This document shows positions 55,106 to 64,000 of a stretch of 64,000 nt of DNA, in pieces. Positions within the stretch are counted from its first letter, which is position 1, and every line of letters begins with the position of its first letter. The translations under genes and the position numbers were made by a program. Source of the stretch: Octopus vulgaris (taxonomy: Eukaryota); NCBI GenBank assembly GCA_951406725.2, contig OX597824.1:31186001-31250000 (forward strand). The letters are read 5' to 3'. The notes under the pieces are model-generated. The model saw only the letters and a program-made list of their open reading frames with translations. It ran no database searches and was not told the DNA's origin.

Positions 55106-58100
55106 AAGTTTTAAGTTTAAGCAAATTTAGTAATGAGATTATTGTATTTTGCTCATTTGTGTACCAACACGATTCTTATAATTAGAACAGTTTTAATGTT
55201 TCGTTACAGTACGTCATCTGAACATTATAATCTGTGTATGTAAACACTTTGACTGGGAGAACATGTTTGATTCTAATCGTTTTAAAGTTAATGATATCTA
55301 GTAAGGTAATCTTTCAGATGTGAGACCTAGTTTTCATTTGATGTTGTGAGCTCAAATCTTTTTTTTATTTATAGCAAATTTTAAAATACCTCATATATTA
55401 AACGTTTTCGGATGTAGCATTAAGTTGTCTCCCTTTAATTGTTGTCAATTTGCTACACCTTCGTCACACCTCACCTTCGTTTCCATTCATGGGCGTGTAG
55501 GGAATACGACCGTATGTAAGGAGTGGTGACAGAAATGTCTCTTTTTTAACGCCGCACGGTCGCCCTAACAAAATAAGCCACTATAGATAGTATAAAAGAA
55601 TATGTGCCAAAGAAATAAATGAGGACGACAACCATTCTACTGTTTGAGATAAGAAAGACTTTATTTACAAATGTGTATAATGAGAGTGTGTGTGAGTGCT
55701 AGCAAAGTGGAGTGTGTGTGCATACGACAAGTGTTTGTGTCTGTTTGTTCATGTGTGTGACAGAAGTACAAATAAGGTGTATGCATATAAAACAGAATAC
55801 AGAGCATAAGATGAGTCTCTCAGCATATTGAGTTAAGATGGAATTAGTTTACCAGTTCGTAAGTGAGGTACACAATAGCAATAGTTCTGTAACAAGATGT
55901 TGGGGTCACAAGGCAGAATGCCGGTTGAACACATGTCGTGTAGCGGTTGAGGCTTTAATGCTGTGCTGGGTTTCTTGATATGCAATTTTCAGAAAGTTAA
56001 AATGTAATTTAACAACTTTAGTTATAAGTTTTGTGTAGGTGTCATTGAAAAAAGTTTCTCAATATCCAAATATGTCTTATGAAATTTAAAAGAATGCATT
56101 TGTTTGAAAATCACAGGCATTTCTTCTGCCACATATAGGTAGACATTGGGAATCTTTTGTGAGTGAAATCATATGAATTTGACACTAATATTCAATTCTT
56201 TGTACAATGAATTAGTTAACTGGTTTATTTACAATAACAAACAGGTTTACTATTAATGTCCAAAGAAATACATAGATATAGAAAAATGTGCATGTATTCA
56301 CTTGTACAATAAAACTGAAAACACCCATAACATGGCATGATCAATTAAATGTCTCCAGTAGAAAAGCAAGCAGCTAAGAGTTGTAAAATAAAACTAGAAC
56401 ACAGAAGTTTAAAGTTACAGTCACAGCTTGTATACACTAAAACTCAAATGTTAAGTGCGATATTCATCCAAGAAAATTGGTTTGATTCACATAAAAGTGT
56501 TTATTCTTCAGCCTCCAAACCTCTTAAAATGGTCCTGTTCTGGAAGGATTTTGACCATCTGCCAAGTGACTAAAGAGCGAAGAAGAATAACAACAAATGT
56601 TGAGTCTTATTGAAAATCACCCAGAAGAACTGTTGATCAAAATCCGGCATTATTTTCAATCACTTTCAACAGGAGTGTATGATTACATAAGGGCCTCTCC
56701 TGTGAGCTTGACTTTAACAGAAGAGCTTTGTGAGCTGTGGTCTGATAATATACAGTCAAAATGTGATTTATTGATCTGTCCCTTGATACATTCTGGATTT
56801 TTTTAAAGACTATACTTTCATTCACAAAATAGCTATAAATATATTACTGCAATTTTCAACTTCTTACATCTGTATGCAAGCTTTTTGTATTTAACGAGCA
56901 TCAAAAGTGAAGATAGAAATTGTCTCATTTCAATGGAAGATGAAATCTATAGATTAAATATTTGTGCATCTTAAGATAGACACAGGTTTCTCGTTTGAGA
57001 AACAAATTTCAAAGTCTAAATTGGTTTCAGAAATAACATTACCTTGGTCTATGCAACATACTACTTTTCTTTATCTCATGCTTTTTCAGCATTGTTAATA
57101 AAAGATTGTTATCATAATGGTTATCTGTTTTTACTCTATTTATATCTTATCTTTTATATTTTGTTTGTTTCAGTGATGTTGGTTATTCTTGTTCATTTTC
57201 TGTGAATAAAAATGTTTTTTTCTTTCTTTGTATGAATGTAAACTTCTGTAGTGGATCTTGCTTGCATGAAGTGCATTCGATCCACCATAGCCAAATTTAA
57301 ATTAACACTGCAACAGAACTTTTCCCACGGTAGAACAATGGTTTTTCTCTGACAGCAGTTTTACATTTTCCAGATGCCTATGGCTAGGCCAAAATAATGT
57401 ATTCACCATTTGACCCTTACTAACCTCTTCTACTTCACCAAAAGCTAGAATAGAGATAACAAGACCACCAACTAAATCTATTGTTCTCAATAATATATGT
57501 ATCCTTCTGGATAGTTATAAAAGCAAGCACTCCCCAAACAAAAGTCAGTTAGTCACAGTCTGTGACACCTCAACGAGTCCAGTCACATGGTAATGACTCA
57601 ACGAAGTCTGGCTGACCAGCTAGAACATTAGTTAGAGGGAGAAATGAAGTTTACTGTCAGCAACTATGAGACAACGTCCCACACTCTACAACTCTCACTA
57701 GCTCTAATTCTGTTCTCTTACACCATCTCTCTCTGTATTTACTACTTTGTATTTACTATCTCTCTCTCTGTATTTACTTCTAAACAATGAAGAGGACACA
57801 AACTTTACTTCGCATGCTTTTGAATTTATCATAACCTGCCCGTTGAGGCAAGGTATTTGTAATGTAACAGTAAATAGATTCTTTCTTAAAACTTCATGCA
57901 TTGTTCATCTTTCATATCCTACAACAGGCAATTATAACAACAAATTTTTATCATTACAACTGTTGACTCTGACATCATCATAATATTGTTTACTAATCCA
58001 ATGTCACTCGTTACATTTCCTTATAAGCTAGGAGTTTGGTTTCTGGTATATTTTACATTGTCAATAAACTTGAGTAAAACTTTAACTATTTCTGCTTAAA

Positions 58101-58747
58101 GTGGCTATCAACAATATGTCAGGTTTGCTGTATGTAATTTAGCTTTATGAATGAGAAAGAAAAAGAATAAGATACTTTTATGTAGAGGTGCTCAAAGTCA
58201 TGGAATTTTTTTCAAGGGTTTCCTGATGGTAAAAATGGTTGGAATGTCCTGATATCAATAATTATTGTAGTAGAGCCAGAGAATATCATTGATTTGCAAT
58301 GAATATTCAAACTCTTGTAATTGTGAAATATAATCATACCCGTACACAAAGGAGCAAATGCAATTAGCTAATTAGCTTAATATGGCAAATTAAAAGATAA
58401 CTGCTCTAAGAAGGTAGTGTTTCATAGCTAAACCATGTGCTAATTTTCCGCATAATATATTAGGGCCAGTGAGAATAGTATGGGACTTTGCAAAAAGGTT
58501 GAGAGAAACTATCCACCATTTTACAATCATCGTCATCATCATCATATTCAAACATATGCGATAGAGATGGAGAACCTAATTAATCCTACATTATTGACAT
58601 ATCCTCCATTTTGTTGTCATCGTCATCATCATCTTCCAACAAGATCAATTATATTCTCGTTTAAGAATAATAAATTTGAACTCTACAAAAGTATTGAGTA
58701 ACCCATCAAATTAATGTAAAATTGTTTTTATTATAACAACATAAAAT

Positions 58748-59145
58748 GCTAGCACGGGTTGGACGATTTGACTGAGGGCTGGTGAACTAGATGGCTGCAC
58801 CAGGCTCCAATCTTGATCTGGCAGAGTTTCTACAGCTGGATGCCCTTCATAACGCCAACCACTCTGAGAGTGTAGTGGGTACTTTAACGTGCCACCGACT
58901 GGAGCCAGTCAAACGGTACTGGCAACGACCTCGCTTGAATGTTTTTACATGTGCCACCAGCACAAGTGCCAGTAAGGCGATGCTGGTACTGATCACACTC
59001 AAATGGTGCCTTTTATGTGCCACTGGCACAGAAGCCGGTTAGCCACTCTGTCAACGATCACACTTGTATGGTGCTCTTTACACCCTGCTAGCACGGATGC
59101 CAGTCATCGAATTTGATTTCGATTTTGATTTCACTTGCCTCAACA
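58748..59145 (-). mobile_element. RTE LINE 3' UTR
   Basis: Same family as 21978-22470. Confidence 0.82.
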
Positions 59146-59169
59146 GTTTCACCCATGCCAGCATGGAAT

Positions 59170-59875
59170 CGCTGCACCAAGTGTAAACTATGGATACATA
59201 AGAGGTGCTGTGGAATCCCAAGTAGATTAACAGATAAAGTCATCTTTGTGTGTGGCAGATGTGCAGGAACAATAAACACTAAGAGCACACGGGTCTTAGA
59301 TTCTCTCACATGCTCAGGAGGCTCTCTTGAGGTTGTTGATAGTTACCTAGATGACCAATTAGCAATGATGGAGGATGCTCTAAGAATAGGGTGGAGGAAG
59401 TTCAGAGAGCTGTTACCTCTGTTGATAACAAAAGGACTTTCTCTCAGAGTGAAAGGTAGACTGTATCTGTATAACACTTGTGTGTGAACAGTTATATTCC
59501 ATGGTAGTGAGACATGGGCTCTGAATGCAGAAGACATATGTAGACTGGAGAGAAATGAAGGCAGTGTGATCCGTTGGATGTGCATTATCAGTGTGCATGT
59601 ATGACAAAGTGCAAATATATTGAGGGAAAAGTTGAGCATACGAAGAATCAAATGTAGCCTGCAAGAGAGGTCTACGTTGGTTTGGACATATGATAGGGAC
59701 AGCTGCATAAAGAAGTGCCAATCACTGAAAGTGGATGGTACCCACAGAAGAGGGAGACCCAGGAAGACATTGGAATGAAGTGGTAAGGATCAATCTCAGG
59801 ATGCTGGGCCTCATGGAAGAAATGACAATGAACCAAGATGTCTGATGAGAAGACCCATCCATGTCAGTGAAACTG
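59170..59875 (+). mobile_element. RTE ORF2 C-terminal fragment with PHD-finger half
   Basis: CTKCKLWIHKRCCGI...FVCGRC, SLEVVDSYL, WRKFRELLPLL, GSETWAL, RGRPRKT. Confidence 0.88.
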
Positions 59876-60019
59876 AGTCCTAGAAGTGCTGTGTGTCCCA
59901 CTCACACATAACAAGAAAACTTCTCACACACCCTACCACAACAAACCAAATTATATCTCTACATCTCTTCTCTTCCTCACATTTCCATATCATGCATTAT
60001 GCTTATCTCCCACTCCCCA

Positions 60020-61315
60020 AAGTGTTATTTTGAGTAAAGTTATCTGGTTGCAGACCTCCTTTGAGTCTTTTTATTATTTCTGGGTCCCCAGATGGTAACA
60101 TTGATTTCAAGGCCTTTCCAGATAAGTGATTGGTCATTCAAAGAGACTTACAGATCGTAAATTTATTCTATTCAGTTACCTATTGGCATAGTGATCATTG
60201 GCAAACTCCAGAGGTGACACTTTCATTTCCCCTTAGCCCTCAGGCCTGAGGAGAAGAGTAATGCTGTATGTTTCATACAATTTCACAGAACAAAATTACT
60301 GAATGGATTCTTACAATATTTGGAACTTAGATTCAATGCATAAGGGCAGATATAATGAGATATGTTTGATTTGAATTTGAGGTGGCAGAACCCTCCATGA
60401 AAATTCGTATATTTCCAATGTTGATGAAATTTCAACCATAGGTAATTGATACACATCAAGAAGTATTCCCAAAGTTTCTGCTTCTCATGAGAATTGTAAG
60501 ACCCCCTTAACTCCCAAGTTTTAATCATTTTTTATGATCCAAAACTAGGTCAAAAGTACTGAATGGATCTTTATGAAATTTGGAAATTATATTCTATGCA
60601 TAACGACAGATGTAATGCAGTATATGTTTGAAAGTGAGGGGGCATAAATGAGGTCATAGCCCCCATGAAAATTCACTTATTTTTGCTTTTGATGAAATTT
60701 TAACCATAGATATTAGACACAAATGAATATTCCTAAAATTTCAACTTCTTATGGGTTAATAAGACCCCTTAATGGGGGTTTAACCCCAACAATTTAGTCA
60801 TTTTTCCTAAGCCAAGACAAATACAAATGTAGTCTTGGAAGCTGTAGAGTCACCCGAGCATGCAAGATGAGCATTATTTGTAATTCAATGGTACAACAGT
60901 GTAAAAGTTTGCTTTGAGATATACTTAGATTGTGATTTCTACAATGTGGTGCATAAATTGTCAAGTAAATGAGAGGCATCTTTGCCTCCACTGATTCAGT
61001 TGCAAAGTGTTGAGTAAAGTTATTTGGTTGCAGACCTCCTTTGAGTCTTTTTATTATCACTGGGTCAGAGATTGTCCCCAGATGGTAACATTGATTCCAA
61101 AAGATTTATAGATCGCAAATTTATTCTGTCCAGTTACCCATCAGCATAGTGATCATTGTGCATGGATGTTGATATGATGATTTTCCTTCCCAGCTGCATG
61201 CACATCTGCAATGTTTTTCTCAGTTCTGCTGCTTGTAGGTCTCACAGAACGTTCATCAATATTGACATTTTTTCAGCCATCTTGGAAACGTCTGAACCAC
61301 TTGTACACTTATGTG
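60020..61315 (-). mobile_element. Two mariner N-terminal fragments (60020-60205 and 60800-61315) separated by a tandem repeat
   Basis: Duplicated block gagtaaagttat(c/t)tggttgcagacctcctttgagtcttttattat...cccagatggtaacattgatt. Confidence 0.55.
60290..60790 (+). repeat. Diverged tandem repeat of about 260 bp, two units (Helitron/Helentron-like)
   Basis: tactgaatggat...ccatgaaaattc...ttgatgaaattt...taagacccc occurs twice. Confidence 0.75.
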
Positions 61316-62800
61316 CAGCTCCCATTTACACGAACTTGGTGATGGGATACTTGGAACAAAAACTCTGCCAGGAAATAGAGGAGAAGTACAGCACTGAATT
61401 TAGGAGGTATATTGAAAAGGCATGAAAGAGATACCTCAACGATTGCTTCGTAATCTTGACAAAATCTCAAAACACTGGAAGAATTCAATACCCTCATGAA
61501 CAACCTACATACATCCATCCAAATTACAAAGGAGATGAGCAGTACCAAACTACCATTCCTAGATACAATGGTAATTAAAAAGAACACCACCATTATCACA
61601 GATATATATTATATACACCTAGATACACATCAATACCTAAATTTTAAATTGTGCCATCCACTGAATACAAAACGTAACATCCCATACTGCTCAGCCAGAA
61701 GAATCTGTACCATTGTAGAAAATTTGAAGATCAGGAATCAGCGCCTGAGGGAACTGAAAGAATTTCTGCTCAAACAAAAATACCCATCATTACTTATAGA
61801 AAATGGTATTCAGTGGGCTATGAAAATACCCACACAACAACTGAATACAATGCAAAGAAGAGAAAAACAAGAACAAATCATACCATTTATAGTGATGCAC
61901 AATCCATGCCACCAGAACATCTTCAATATTGCTAAAGTCAACCTACCAATCATTGCTCAAAGTAAGAAATTAGGAGATATCATTACAGACCAAACTATAA
62001 CTCTCAGTAAAAGACAGCTTAAAAGCTTGAAAATTTTATTAACAAAGGCAAGGTTTGATCTTAGCAACAAAGACCAACCATCCACTGTGTCTAAATGCAA
62101 TGATAGCCAATGTGGTACATGCCAATTAATTCATACCGGCCCATATATGAACACAAAAATGGAGAAAATATTCACATAAGCAAATATGAACTGCCAAAGC
62201 AGAAATTAAATCTACTCCATTAAATGCCTGAATTTTGAAGAACTGTATGTTGGCCAGACAGGCAATGCACTATCAAAACGTTCATGTGTGCACTGACAAC
62301 AAATTAAAAATCCAGAAGTCCACCAAACATTGCTGAATAACCACCTAGCAACATGTGGTTGGAAAATATTTATAATATTTCTATTTCATAAACTATACAA
62401 TCTGAATGAAATTGAGAGAAAACTGAGAGAAAAGGACTTTATTGATAAATTCAAACCCAAGCTTGATAAACAATGATAAAAAGTAATCTTATTTAAGGCT
62501 TAAAAGTCTTATCCCCATATCTAAAAAATAAAAATCTCTAAAAAGTACTGCTGTCATTATTTCTAAAAATAAACACTGAAAAATGGGATGGCCTAATTTC
62601 TAAAAATAGCCAAGTATATAAAGGACAAAATTTAACCAGTCAACCACAGTTGAAACCTATGATTACATGTGTCACCACCAATGAACCTGAAGATTGCATA
62701 AATGCAAGAAAGTACACTCGTTCAATAAGAATGGACATTTAATATTTCATTTGTTTAATAAGAATAGACAATTAATACTTCATTTCTTTTTACTATATTA
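61315..62800 (+). mobile_element. 5'-truncated Penelope-like element with GIY-YIG endonuclease and pLTR
   Basis: APIYTNLVMGYLE, RYLNDCF, LPFLDTMV, THQYLNF..CHP, KCNDSQCGTC, IYSIKC..LYVGQTG, stop near 62476, then a hammerhead motif. Confidence 0.92.
62682..62724 (+). ncRNA. Minimal type I hammerhead ribozyme
   Basis: UGAAC-CUGAAGA-UUGCA(UAAA)UGCAA-GAAA-G(UACA)C-UC-GUUCA: complete core, 5-bp stems I and II, 2-bp stem III, predicted cleavage after C62719. Lies in the Penelope 3' region where such ribozymes are expected. Confidence 0.85.
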
Positions 62801-62907
62801 TTTCATATCTTATATTAATATTAGAAGATTATAAATAAAATATGAAAAACAGAGTTGAAATTCCTTTGAGTAATATATTCTTCAATACACAATCATACAA
62901 ACCCCTT

Positions 62908-63215
62908 TCATCATCATCATCATCATCATTTAACGTCCATTTTCCATGCTAGCATGGGTTAGACAGTTCGACTGGGGTCTGGGAAGCCAGGAGGCTGCAC
63001 CAGGCTCCAGTCTGATCTGGCAGTGTTTCTACAGCTGAATGCCCTTCCTAACACAAACCACTCCGAGAGTGTAGTGGATGCTTTTTATGTGGCACAGGTA
63101 CAGGGCCCAGTGGAAGCTGGCAACGACCACGATCGGCTGGTACTTTTTATGTGCCACTGGCATGGAAGCTAGTCAAGGCAGTGTTGGCATCAACCATGTT
63201 CGGATGGTGCTTTTT
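62908..63215 (-). mobile_element. RTE LINE 3' end
   Basis: Same family as 21978-22470. Confidence 0.8.
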
Positions 63216-63264
63216 ACAGGAGGAGGAGCAAAATGACTTGAATCAACTCCAGATCATGTTCGGT

Positions 63265-63415
63265 AGGCATGGCTACATTGGTAAGAAGTTTGCTTCCCAA
63301 CAACATGGTCTCAGGTTCAGCTCCATTCTGTGACACATTGGGCAAGTGTCTTTGAGAGAGATGTCCAAAGCATTGTGGCTGGATTTGACTGAGGGAAACT
63401 GAAAGAAGCACCAAG
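63265..63415 (+). mobile_element. SINE family A head, diverged
   Basis: ggcatggct...ggtaagaagtttgcttccc...ttgggcaagtgtctt. Confidence 0.65.
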
Positions 63416-63419
63416 ACAT

Positions 63420-63702
63420 TTGGCATTATGTCGCGCTTGAGGAAAAGACCCATGAAGCTGAGTAAAATCACAGTCATGGCAGATACTGGTGTCACACAAA
63501 TGGCACCCGTGCCAGTGGAACATAAAAGCACACATTACACTCTGCAGAGTGGTTGGCATTACAAAGGGCAACCAACCATAGAAAACCATGCCAAATCAGA
63601 CAGGAGTTTGGTGCAATCTTCCAGCTTACCAGCTTTGGTCAAACCATCCAACCCATGCCAGCATGGACAATGGATGTTAAATGATGATGATGATGATGAT
63701 GG
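63420..63702 (+). mobile_element. RTE LINE 3' end with (GAT)n tail
   Basis: ccatccaacccatgccagcatggacaatggatgttaaatgatgatgat. Confidence 0.8.
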
Positions 63703-64000
63703 TAGAGTCCATGGATGAGATCCAGAGATTCTCAGAATAGAAGACTCTTGGTAGTGCTGAAAAGATTCACACTTAGACTCCAATATCTGATGTCTTTACA
63801 GGGGATCAATTCTATGGGGTAAAGGATGGCTACGAGAGGGATTGAGTTCAGCAGATGTGGAGGCAATTACGAAGATAAACAGGTTAGATACATTAAATAT
63901 AACAGTTTGGGTATGAAATGCAAAATATGTATATATGAATGGTGGCACATAATAAACAACATTCGAGCATGGGTTGATGTCAGTGCCCCCCAACTAGCTC

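Noticed and set aside
58500-58645. Short tandem duplication encoding His-rich peptides
   Set aside because: (CAT)n-containing duplication with no gene context.

Overview
AT-rich, repeat-dense eukaryotic genomic DNA, most likely octopus or another coleoid cephalopod (inferred from the SINE/RTE repeat families and microsatellite load; not verified by search). Two housekeeping genes lie head-to-head around 31.3-32.0 kb: MRPL33 on the minus strand (3 coding exons, 60 aa, not assembled by the ORF track) and TMED10/p24delta on the plus strand (5 coding exons, 207 aa, C-terminal KKLIE). The first 9.3 kb is a (TAA)n hub holding three or four different R4/Dong retrotransposons, a 148-bp perfect AT palindrome, and a 2-kb ORF1-only element with a CCHC knuckle and no reverse transcriptase. 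The rest consists of Penelope-like elements (one with an intact minimal hammerhead ribozyme at 62682-62724), RTE LINEs with a PHD finger inside the RT domain, CR1 remnants, mariner/Tc1 fossils, Helitron fragments, fold-back MITEs and many tRNA-derived SINEs. The best candidates for something undescribed are the ORF1-only element, a short fold-back repeat with a variant hammerhead-like core, and an in-frame 3-codon uORF in MRPL33. All calls were made by eye, and repeat boundaries are approximate unless TIRs or TSDs are quoted.
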